64,000 bases of DNA from Adineta vaga. Taxonomy: Eukaryota > Animalia > Rotifera. The stretch covers positions 4,278,001-4,342,000 of the forward strand of contig CP075494.1 in NCBI GenBank assembly GCA_021613535.1, given 5' to 3'. A model generated the notes under the pieces. The model made no database searches. It had not been told where the DNA came from and saw only the letters and a program-made list of their open reading frames with translations. The translations under genes and the position numbers were made by a program. Shown here one piece after another: positions 12,907 to 24,485 of the stretch; the stretch's first letter is position 1; each line of letters begins with the position of its first letter.

Positions 12907-14040
12907 ATGGGACAAAACGTAAGTTCGCCAAAAGATGAAAATAATGAAAAGGAATTATATCTTCACAAAATATTACGACAACGTGAACATATTCCATTTA
13001 ACGTTGAATCATGGTACAAAATTCTAGAAAATGAAACATTTTATACTGAATTTTTGCCAATTTCTCCATCAATTGCTCAAGCATTTGTTAACTATTATCA
13101 AGCACGTTACAATTCCAAAACATCACTATTCAATACTGAACATTGTCAATTAATTCAATCGATTGAAAATCAATTAAAAGAACAAATTTTTAATTCGAAA
13201 AGCAAGACATTCTCTACAGATGGATGTTTTATCCGTTTAAGTTCTCGAAGTCCGAAAGATGGTAATTGTTTAAATCAACATATGTTAAAAGAACTCTATT
13301 ATCAAGAATTAAATCGATTAAAAGAAACTTATCCAAATGAATTTGATTCAACAATTGAAAGTCAATCAAATATGGAAATGATTGCATTTTGTTCTGCACA
13401 AGCTCATTGTTTAAAAGTGACCAATGAACAAGAAACCTTAAATCTGCTTTTATCAAGTGAAAGAGTTTTTGTTGATTTATTAGATTCATTGCATTGTCAA
13501 AAGCTCGATGAAACATATCAATGGAATAATCATCTGATTATTCGTCAATGGAATCATCAATTAGATCATTCAATGGAATTTCGTTGTTTTGTTCATCAAT
13601 TGAAATTAACCGCAATTTCACAATATAATCATTATTGTAAATTTTATCATTTACAAAATGAGTTAATTATTGAACAAATAAAATCAACAATTATGAAATA
13701 TTTTCAAGAAAAAATTCAATTTTTATTTGAAAAATTCAATGAAATTTATTCGAATTATATTATTGATATTAGTCTAATTAAAAATCAATTAACAAATGAA
13801 TTTGATTGTATTGTTATTGAAATAAATCCATTTCATAAAACAACCGGTGCAAGTTTATTCGATTGGACAAATGATCTTGATCAATTAATTGGTAAACAAA
13901 ATCAAATTGAAATGCGTATTAGAAAAGATTATTATCCTAATATTCAAGATTTAATTGAATTTATTCATCAAGAAAATAAACTCAAGCAAGAAGAGGACGT
14001 GTCTGATGATCAGCAGCCTTATTTTGTTTTTTTTAAATAA
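12907..14040 (+). CDS. Cdc123/D123 (R2K-clade) ATP-grasp protein, intronless
   Basis: FIRLSSRSPKD, LLSSERV, IIRQW, EFRCFV, LTAISQY, IEINPF and GASLFDW motifs. Confidence 0.85.
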   Translation: MGQNVSSPKDENNEKELYLHKILRQREHIPFNVESWYKILENETFYTEFLPISPSIAQAFVNYYQARYNSKTSLFNTEHCQLIQSIENQLKEQIFNSKSKTFSTDGCFIRLSSRSPKDGNCLNQHMLKELYYQELNRLKETYPNEFDSTIESQSNMEMIAFCSAQAHCLKVTNEQETLNLLLSSERVFVDLLDSLHCQKLDETYQWNNHLIIRQWNHQLDHSMEFRCFVHQLKLTAISQYNHYCKFYHLQNELIIEQIKSTIMKYFQEKIQFLFEKFNEIYSNYIIDISLIKNQLTNEFDCIVIEINPFHKTTGASLFDWTNDLDQLIGKQNQIEMRIRKDYYPNIQDLIEFIHQENKLKQEEDVSDDQQPYFVFFK

Positions 14041-14434
14041 AATAAAATCATCACTGTTACTGTAAATGATGAAACTAAGGAAGTTTTATGAATTAGGAAA
14101 ATCGATTATATCATACGGCGGAAATAATACTGTTAATATATAAATAAGTAAATTTTCTGTGCTTTGCATAGAATACGATGACATTCGTAACAAAAATGCT
14201 GCTTTTTTTTAACATACTTGTTTGTTGTGTATCGATTATTGTAGCTATAGTGGAGGCTGTTGGTCAAGTGGATGGGGTGGCTACTGTGTGAATTTGGTTT
14301 CCACTAAATAATGACTGTCATCGTTGTGTACCACGCGGCAAATGATCTACTGACACTAAAAAGCGCAAATTTAAATGTTTTCGCCTACAACTATTTCACG
14401 TCCTAAAAATGTAAACATACTTCTAATTAAGTGA

Positions 14435-15265
14435 TTAATTAATAGTAACATTTACATAAGCATCTCCAGTCATAAAAGGTATCTCTTTCTTATAAAGCCA
14501 AAAACTAACATTATAAATCTGTCCATTAAGAACCGTAAACGATTGAGAAATCCAACTTGATCCCATGCCACATGAATTGTAATATGATTTATTTGATGAA
14601 TGATATTCACTCGATGATGAACCAACACTTAGTGGACAAAATGTTGAATATCCGCTAGTCCAACCAGTTAATGATGGGGAATTTTCAAATTTGTTATTCG
14701 TTATTTTCTCATTTGAAAATGGATCTTTTATGGAGACATCATCAAGATACCAATAATACTTAGCACTTGCCTGAAAATAAAATTTGATCGTCACATTTGT
14801 TGAAATTTTTGCTTGATACGAAAGTGTATAGATTATCCATTGATTTGTTTGTGTAGTACTACCAGTAACAGAATGTAATATTACAGAACCCGGTATTGTC
14901 GAAAGTGTTGATGGTGAGACTAAAAACAGGGGAAAAAATCATCGTTAATTTCTTCGATAGTTCAGCATACTAGACGTTCCTCCTGATGAATATCCAGGTG
15001 GTAATTGTTGTAAAAGAAAATATGCACCATTCGATTGAATTAATCCAATATCATTGGACGAATAATTCATAATTAGTTGACATTTATTATTACAATTCCA
15101 ACCAACTGCACCAGATGCTGTTGCCATACAAGTACATTCCATGCATGTCAAATTTAAATGGATTTGATTGATATTTGATGATAAATATGTTGCATTCGAA
15201 ATTAAACCGATACGAATTGATATCGTACTTTGAATTGAAAACAATATTAAATAAAAACTTATCAT
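14435..15265 (-). CDS. Secreted protein: Cys-rich PAN-like N-terminus plus CBM/galactose-binding-like domain (paralog 1)
   Basis: Exons 15265-14971 and 14919-14435; signal peptide, CxxCxC...WNC...C, WYLDDVSI, ITN.KFE, ISQSF..GQ.YNVSFWL. Confidence 0.75.
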
Positions 15266-16117
15266 ATTAAGAATGAAACGAAAGAGTAACGATGTGTTGA
15301 TCGTAAAAAAAAATTATTCATTATGAAAAAGTGAACTTTCCTTTTTTGTACGAGTACCTGATTTCTTCTCGAAGAATAATTACAACGATGAAATGTTCGT
15401 GTCAATACTTCATCAAAAGAAAATATGAATTTTGAACATGCAAGAATATTTAGTAAACGTTTGATAATTACATAAACGTTCATTTTCTTATGAAAAAAAA
15501 GATTGTCAAGGTACATATCGTGATCTTTTTGGAAAGATAATAGTTAACAATTATAAATCTCAGATTTATTTCTAAATCATTATATTCAATTTGAAGAATA
15601 ATACAGCTTTTTATGCAACAGAAAGCTTCATTTGAACATTTCCATGTAGCAAACTTATTCAAAAAAGCCGAAACTAAAACTGTATAATTTTGTCCGCTAA
15701 CAATCCTCAAGATTGTTATTTCCTGTAATGAAACACTCGACAACGATATTATCTTCAATACTATCAAATATGGTTGTCTTTTATTTCTGGCAAAAAGAAG
15801 TCTTTCCATTAATTCTCAAGAAACACATTTTCATTTGTTTTTCTTCCCGAGAAAAGATAAAAAAAATTGTTTCCTAGCTACAGTTCACAAGACATACACG
15901 CGAAGCACGTTTTTAACCGATATTTTCTCTTTAGTAAACAGTATACGAGTGCAAAAGAAGGTTAATGTAGATAAATCACTTGAGTACGTTAAGATAAACT
16001 TCAGCAACGTTTTATTTTTGTGAAATAACAATTTTCAAGATCTGAATTTTACTTCTTCAGGAATATATCGATGATCTGCACCAATGAACTATTATCATTA
16101 ATAAATAAGTCATATTC

Positions 16118-17008
16118 TTATACAATACTAACAGTCGCTTGAGCAATAGTCAACGGTAATGGTATAATAAGCAGATCCATATAAAGCCAAAAACTAATAT
16201 TATACGTTTGTCCACTAATAACGTTAAAGGATTGAGAGATCCAAGTTATTCCCGTTATACATGAACTATAATATGATTTACTCGATGAATGATATTCATT
16301 CGATGTTATACCATAATTAAAGATACAAACTCCTGAATATCCTGTTGTCCACCCAGTTAATGATGGAGAATTTTCCAATTTCCCATTCGTTATTTTTTCA
16401 TTTGAAGATGAGTCTTTTATTGATACATCATCAACATACCATTTATAATCTACACTTGCTTGAAAACTGAATTTAATTGTTAAAGTTGTTGAATTTGTTG
16501 CTTGATAAGAATACGTAAACAATGTCCAGCTGTTTGCCGTCAAAGAACTAGGAACAATATTATTTAATGATGGATTTTGTGTTGTTACTGTCGCTGAAAA
16601 AAATAAATAGATTTAGAAAACAATTTTCTCTAACAAATTTAACTAAATCTACAAAAACATACTAAGTGTTGTTGTTGTTGTTGTTGTTGTTGACAATCGT
16701 TTCGGTGGAAGTTGTTGAAATTTAAAAGTACTATCGTTTACTGTTATCAATCCAATATCATCTATTGAATAATTCTGAAATAATTGACATGTCTTATTGC
16801 TTTGTATACAATTCCAACCAACTGTCGGAATCTTCAAAGCTGAACAGGTACATTCTATACAAGTCATATTATAATAAATAGCATTCATATTCGATGATAA
16901 ATACATGGCATTTGATATTAAACCAAGACGAATCGAATATATATAATGGGGTATCAATAATACTGTACATACAATTCTGCTATGGTAGTTCAAAAGAGGA
17001 ATAAGCAT
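16118..17008 (-). CDS. Secreted PAN-like plus CBM-like protein (paralog 2)
   Basis: Two exons (about 17008-16663 and 16593-16118) collinear with 14435-15265; Thr-rich linker. Confidence 0.75.
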
Positions 17009-17825
17009 GTCTGCTATTAAACAGCTTTACTTTAGGAATGAAAAGAGTGCGCTTTAGAATATCAATAATAAGAAGTTTTATTGTAAAAACAGAATAAGGA
17101 AGAAAAGTAATCATGAAGTTGCACTTGTCTGTTGAATAAAAAACTTTAAAGAGAAAACAGCTTTTAACTAAAAATAGCAATGAGAAATGTAAGTAAAAGC
17201 TTTACTATAGGACTGAAGTTCATTATTTATAGAAAGAAGCTAGAAAAATACATCTATGGGAATATTTCCTCGTGCAGAATAAAAAACCTTTCATCTCATG
17301 TAAAAGGAATATTTTAAAAGATCTTAAAAACTAAAGTTCTCATTTTACTGAATAATCAGCAGACATTTTTTCTATTGAAATTGATTCATGATAGTATAAG
17401 ATTTTCATCGAATAAAAGCATTTTTTGAAAAAGAAAATTGCAAGTTCGATAGTTACTCTTTTTGAAGTAGTCTTTCTGTTTAATCGTTTCTCTCTTATCA
17501 ATCAATGTTCCCGTAAACTATACTCATTCTTTTTATTTACTCAAGAAATCTCTAACAAAGAGCCATCTATGTAATTTTATCGAGTAATTAATGGATGCTT
17601 TGAAAATGAATGATTTTTTTTGTACCTTATGATTCACTGTTTGTGAATAGATTAACGACAAAGAAATTACAGAACGAAGTAAAAGGTGCACGATTTTTTC
17701 TTATTGATCCCATGTTTTTACGTTTGAAAATGGCGAACAAGAAAAGTAAACATACCTGTCTTTAAAAGCTAGTATACGAAAAGAAGAAATAGGCACATTT
17801 TTTTGTCGAACAAAATCTACAAGCC

Positions 17826-19119
17826 ATGTCGATGTCTAACATTGTAATTACACTGATATTCTCAAGCATTATTCACATTAATCTAAGTTAGTATAGTATT
17901 CGTAATAAATCTATATTTAATGTTTACTTTTTTTCTTCGATCAGTTAATTGTGATGGTCTTTTTTATCTGCAACGAATTCCATCATCGTGTATGGAGACG
18001 ACGATCACTATAACGATGGATAATACTACAATTGAGAATTGTTTTATATATTCCTGGCAACAAATAGTTGAATTAACAACAAATTATACGACATATAGAA
18101 AACCAAACACAAATGACACATTTTATGCACAAATTGGTGCATTGACTGTTCTAGGAACAATAGATAATTATGATTTAGATTATCATTGTCCACCTACAGG
18201 TTATAATGGTATTGGACCAGGATGTTCTACTCAACCTCATACACATTTAGTCGTACTACACATCAATACTTTTGATAATAAATTATATTCAATTGATGTT
18301 ATTCTTTCTGGAACTCCTTTTCCTTCACCTGATACTCTTGTTGACAATCAACCTCCATTTGGTACAGCACGACATATATTTAATTCAGCAATTCCAATTC
18401 AATCAACAGGATATTTGAAAGTTTGTAAGAGTAATACTAGTGATCGTTGTCCTAATGCAGATATAAGTACACAGAAATTACCTAATCCATTACCAAGTAA
18501 TACAGGTTATGGAATCTTTGGTTATCAAGTAGCGAATTTTGTAACGAATTCAGTATGGATTATGGATGATATCCATCAATTACTTATTATTACTGCAGGT
18601 ACTAATTATTATTATTTTAATGCTAGTGGTTTTTATCTATACGATTATGGATCAAATGCATGCATGTGGATATCTGCCTGTAATTATCAATGTGAAGTTT
18701 ATAATTATAATTCTCGATTTTTGGATTATGCTGGTGAATGGATTATTACAAAGAAATGGGGAATCGAAAGTATGAAATCGGTCACTGTACAAGCATGGAT
18801 TGGTAATGCTATTGATGCTGCTGGTATTTTTCCTATTATTATGTACATCGATAATGCAACTGGACATTACATTGGTTTAGATAAACTAGATGCTAATCCA
18901 GCTCCAAAGATGGGTGCATCCTATTGGTATATTGCACATGATAATACAACAATTGGGGAAAGTATTGTAAACTTTCATCCCAATGTTGTAGACGTTGGTT
19001 GTGTGAATCAAGTGAGTGATTGGACTGGTACGATAAACAATTGTGAAATAATCATGACAGCAAATACTATCCAACGAATGATTGCTCTTTTATTCGTTAC
19101 ATATTTACTTTTGATTTAG
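17826..19119 (+). CDS. Uncharacterised secreted, possibly GPI-anchored, Cys/Tyr/Asn-rich protein
   Basis: Signal-peptide exon from ATG 17826, short intron ending TCAG near 17944, long open exon, hydrophobic C-terminal tail. Confidence 0.75.
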
Positions 19120-20220
19120 AATGAACAATATACATGTATATCTATCACATATTATATCAATGTTCTTTCTAATAAATATCAAGCAGCAGAAATAGACAAA
19201 ATGAACCGCTTCAATAATTCCTAAACTTCATAAACAATGTTCTGTAGTTGAGTGAAACCTAGATGATTGATTTCACTTTTTGCCATAAATAGACATTGAT
19301 AACGTATGAGAAGTTCCAAAGAGATATATCTCTTCAAACCTTCTTTTCAAAGTTATAACAATTTTAATAAATTTTAAGTCTGTAGCTCAATACATACCAA
19401 CATATCGAATAATATTATTTCAAGCTAAAATTAAGCTCATAAATAACTATATTGGTAACCAGAATGTTTCCTTCACAACACATTAAATTCATGAGATTCG
19501 TACGCCTTTCATAATGTGCAGATTGATTTTGAGAATTGAACGTTTTGTCAAGGGAACATTCTTTTTGGTGGAAATTTTGAGGATCTACTAGTTACAAGTA
19601 TAGCTATCTATGAGCTAATAATTTCAACTGAAAACAATATGGTTCGATATTATGGTACATACTAAACTGCAGGCTTTAATTCTACTAGAATCGTTATAAC
19701 TCCGGAGAGAATACTAAAGAAACTGCATATCTTTGAGGTTTCGCATACCTTATCAAGATTTATACTCATGGACAAAAGTCGAAGTCTCAATAGCCTTAAC
19801 ATACCGAGAGGTTTCTTCGTTCGATCACCTATTAAGATTACATTGCTTTGTGAGTGTTCACAAATCTTGAATATATATTAAATTATTCTCGAGAAATTAA
19901 AAGGAATTTATCTTTTCTATTAGTATTACAGATAAAGATCACTCAGTCTTTCTTATATCGTCTGTTCTGTACGCTAGCATATTTATTTATTCTTTTGTAT
20001 AACTATCAAAAGGGATTTAATGTACCTAGCTTTTAATTTCGCATCTATGAACTTCCTGAGAATATTTATTGATTCGTCAAGAACTTAAGTTACTAATCTT
20101 AATCGAATTGATTTAAAAGCTTTGTACATTCTTATCATTCATATATAGAACTTCTAACGAAAGAATTTGTTTTTTCATTAACACAAATATGTAACACTAC
20201 TATACAAAATAAGAAATCAT

Positions 20221-21485
20221 TTAATTCAATTCATTCTGATCGATCATTCGTAGTTTTTCACATGCCCATCTTCGTAATTGCATACGGAGTTTATTTTCAA
20301 ATTTCCATCGATGAACATTCTTAGGTTTTTCTCCATGACCAATCCATACTTGACAACCATATGGAAATGTTCTTTCATGTTGAAAATTGGCAGCTGGTTG
20401 AATCCAAAATCTTTCTTGATTAACAATAGTTTGAAAAACTAATTTCGAAACATTTGTAGCAAGTTTCTGTGCTGGACATCGTCGAATATCAAAACCCCAT
20501 GACATCAATGGTGGATGTTTAGGTAAATTCCATCGTTCCGAACAGAATGTATCTGGTTGTGACCATCCATTACGATTCAATTGAACCAATGAAGTAATCC
20601 ATCCACGTTGATTTTCATATGGTTGTCGTAGCCATAGATCAGTTAATGGATATAGACGAAGTGTTTCATGCAATGCATTATCGAAATTATATTGAAAATC
20701 TTCCGAATGTTCCGAGTAAAGAAGAAGCATATGACAAACAAGATCAGTACATTGAACAGATATTGTTGTTAGAAAATCTTCAGCAACAGATGAAACTTGA
20801 TGAATTTCCGTCATTTGAAAGAAATCTTCACAATGATGAAAAAGAAAATCTTTATCATTTTGTTGAATTAATTTCAAAATTTCATCATAAAAACTTTGAC
20901 GAATCTGTACATCGGGTTTTGATGTAAATCGTTTGATAATTTTATTAATATCAAGTAAACCGGGATAGATTTGATTAAATTCATTTTCTGTTGGATAACG
21001 ATTGAAAACTAATTGAAAAGAATATTTTGATATCATTTCAAAAATATCCCAAAGAATATTTCCTTGTTTATCGAGTAATTGAAAATTAAATGGTATTTGA
21101 AAAATTCTTTCATTGATAAGATCATTTCCAAAAGAAAATACTTGACGTCGTTGTTTCCAATTACTATCATTATCAAGAAGAAATGTTGGAAGAAATGGAC
21201 ATAGAGCATTGGTAAATTGATCCAATGGTTTCGAACATTTTGGAAGTTTAATTAACGTTTCACTATCACAGATTAAATCACGATTCATTAAAGAAACTTT
21301 TCCTTTACGATTTCCAAATAATCTCCAAATTATTGTTCCTGGTGTCATCAATGTAACAAACGCACTAAGATATAATAATACCGTATAGTACATTGTTTGA
21401 ATAGTTTGAATCACATTCATTATCATTTCCTAAAAAAAGATTCGTCAAAATTTGAGAAATAATTCTATAGAATAGTTACCTTCAT
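20221..21485 (-). CDS. Short divergent cytochrome P450
   Basis: 6-nt coding first exon (ATG AAG, 21485-21480), intron 21479-21430, exon 21429-20221; N-terminal TM, ETLRLYP (ExxR), PDTFCSERW (PERF), WGFDIRRCPAQ heme motif. Confidence 0.85.
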
Positions 21486-22077
21486 ATCCTTGCTGTATTT
21501 TTCCAAATGTATAGGGAGATAACGTTGAATCAATAACATTTTACTAAAAATTTTCATTATCTCTTTCCACGGTGCTATATATAATTCATAATATTGACTT
21601 ATTGAATCACAAAAAAATGAATATCTCACAATGACAATGGTAGAAATTTATGAAGAATGACGATGCATTGATAAGAATATCATCATACTTTACAGTCGAA
21701 AATAATTGATAATGCATCTTTTTCTAACCAAATATATCGAATTTATTTACAAACAGAATAAAATCAATATATAATCTTTAGTTTAAGTTCATCTCATGCA
21801 TTTTAATGATAGACTGGTTATAGTACGATGTCGATATAGTAGCGTCGTAAATACATGTTTTTTTTCTTCTTTTTCGTTCTTCAATCTTATCAAATGACAT
21901 ACATAACAAGTGACGTTGCATATATTTTTTCCTATGCTTTATTCTTTTATCATCCATCATCGTGCATTTTTTTTTGTGACTGAGTACAAATATTTCGAAT
22001 AAAATCCGTTACACTGAATAGAAAAAAAATAAGAAGTGACTCAGCATAAAGCACATTTCTCATTTTAGAAAGCGAAA

Positions 22078-23739
22078 ATGAATGATCAACTTGATATTGG
22101 AATTATTGGATGTGGTTGTAGTGGATTAGTAACATTGAAAGAATTAGTAGCTGAAGGTCATCGATGTAAAGTCTTTGAAAAATCGAATTCACTCGGTGGT
22201 TTATATAATCAAGCTTATCATCAAGGAATATTTGTGTCTAGCCATTTATTAACAATGTTTAGTGATTTTATTGGCAAAGATAAAGAGATTCTTGAAAAAC
22301 CACGAATGTTATCATTTAGTGAATATGCCGAATATTTAAATGATTATGCTGATTATTTTCATTTAAGAGAATTCATTCGATTAGAAACAGAAGTGAAATC
22401 ATTATGGAAAGATTTTTCTGATAATAAATGGAAAATTCGTTTAGATAATCAATCAGATATTTATTCTTTTGATCGGATTGCAATCTGCTGTGGGATATTT
22501 GGAAATATAAATATTCCACCATTTAAAAACGAAAATTTATTTCAAGGAAAAATTAAACATTTAAAACATATCAAATTCTATGAAGAATTTCAAGATAAAC
22601 ATATTTGTATAGTTGGAAGTGGTGAATCAGCAAGTGATATGATTTTAGCGGCAGCACAATTCGGAAAAAAAGCTTTCTTATCAATTCGAAATGATCATGG
22701 ATTTATTGTTCCAAGATATATTCATGGAGATCGATTTGGACCAGCTGATTTAGATACATCACGAGTTCACCATTCCATTCCGCGAGCTTGGGGTGTTCTA
22801 CATACATACATCGATATGTTAAATAGTTTAATCAAATCCTATTTGAAATGTCTTTTATTTCAAAAAGGTCAATCGACTGAATATGATCTGATCAGGCGTG
22901 CTGGAATTTATATGAATTTAAAACAAATTCGAACAAGTAATGTTTGGACAACATATGGAACGAAAAATTCGAATATTGTCGAAGCGTTAGTCAAATATAA
23001 GAACAAATGTCAACGAAAACCGGGAATAAAAGAATTAAAAAGTCATTCGATTGTATTTGAAGATAATACTGAAGAATATGTCGATGAAATTATCTGTTGT
23101 ACAGGCTTTAAAAACTCATTTCCATTTGTGGAACAAAGTCCGGAAGCTGATGAAAGTTTCAAACGTTATTTTAATGAAGCAAAAATTTCACATAATTTAT
23201 ATAAGCATTGTTTTCATCCGGATCTTGGTGATGAAATTGCTTGGATTGGTTTCGCTCGTCCAGCATTAGGTGCCATTCCACCCTTAATGGAATTACAAGC
23301 ACGTTGGTTTGCTTTATTATGTTCAAAAAAACTAAGTTTACCAACGAAAAATCAAATGAATGAAAAAATTGTTAAATACGTCAAATATTTAGAATGGCAA
23401 TTAACACCTTATCGTGTTAATCGTTTAACAAATCTAACTGATTATTTGATCTATTCAGATGATTTAGCAAGAACAATTGGATGTCGACCGAATTTTACAC
23501 GAATATTTTTTACTCAACCAAAATTATGGATGAAATTAATGTGTGGACCTTTATTAAATGCGCATTATCGTTTGACAGGTCCACATGCCAAACCAAAACA
23601 AGCTAAGGAAATTATTTTAAAAGCTAAATGGGTTAAACAACCAAATATTTTGTATTTTTTTATGTTGATATGTTATGCGTTCTTTTATTTAGTCTTTCGA
23701 ATTGAATCATGTAAACCTGCTTCATGGTACCCTTTGTAA
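22078..23739 (+). CDS. Flavin-containing monooxygenase (class B FMO), intronless
   Basis: GCGCSG FAD motif, FEK..LGG, FQGKIKH FMO fingerprint, GSGESA NADPH motif, CTGF, MELQARW, C-terminal hydrophobic anchor. Confidence 0.92.
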   Translation: MNDQLDIGIIGCGCSGLVTLKELVAEGHRCKVFEKSNSLGGLYNQAYHQGIFVSSHLLTMFSDFIGKDKEILEKPRMLSFSEYAEYLNDYADYFHLREFIRLETEVKSLWKDFSDNKWKIRLDNQSDIYSFDRIAICCGIFGNINIPPFKNENLFQGKIKHLKHIKFYEEFQDKHICIVGSGESASDMILAAAQFGKKAFLSIRNDHGFIVPRYIHGDRFGPADLDTSRVHHSIPRAWGVLHTYIDMLNSLIKSYLKCLLFQKGQSTEYDLIRRAGIYMNLKQIRTSNVWTTYGTKNSNIVEALVKYKNKCQRKPGIKELKSHSIVFEDNTEEYVDEIICCTGFKNSFPFVEQSPEADESFKRYFNEAKISHNLYKHCFHPDLGDEIAWIGFARPALGAIPPLMELQARWFALLCSKKLSLPTKNQMNEKIVKYVKYLEWQLTPYRVNRLTNLTDYLIYSDDLARTIGCRPNFTRIFFTQPKLWMKLMCGPLLNAHYRLTGPHAKPKQAKEIILKAKWVKQPNILYFFMLICYAFFYLVFRIESCKPASWYPL

Positions 23740-24485
23740 AGCAGGAAATAAATGAAATATAGAATTGTAGTTAGAAGAACAAACATATACCTTTTATTCA
23801 ATTAAGGGTATGAGGATGTGGATGTGGGTATGAAATATTTATTCATCAATCCTACGTACACGCACACCTTCAATGCAGATGAAAACGTTTCGTAACAGTA
23901 TAATATGTATGACTTTTTCTTTTTGTGGCAGAAGGACGAATTTCGTCTATGACAAAGAACCGAGAGGACAATTCAGATGATTCATATAAATAAAGCAACA
24001 ATACATATATCTTAGAAATCTAAACAGATTGTTTGATTTTTGACCTGAACATTAGTCTATTTGCTTAAAATCTTGTTAATACTGATTTTCTTTCGACTTA
24101 TTTCGAATAGACGTTTCTTGATTATTCTTCATTCAATCTGCCAAGAAAACTTATAAGATTTACTTATTACTCATATTCTTATATGATAAAAAGGCATCTC
24201 TGGTGAATACAAATAATAATGATGTGTACTTTTTTGTGCTTATTGAGACCTTTGACTTGTCCGTTAAAGATTGAATAGCGAACTCTAAAGAAAAGAACAA
24301 CCTTATTTTTTTTATTGAAGCATTATTCTGGATTTCATCAATATTCTATACGCAAGGTACAAAAGTTTTGTTTTATTTTCAGTTACAAATAATCTTGCAT
24401 TGTTAAGATTTCTGAATATAAAATCTTATTTAATCAAAATTTGCTCACTTTATAACATTGAATACAAATCATTTTCTTATTAAAG

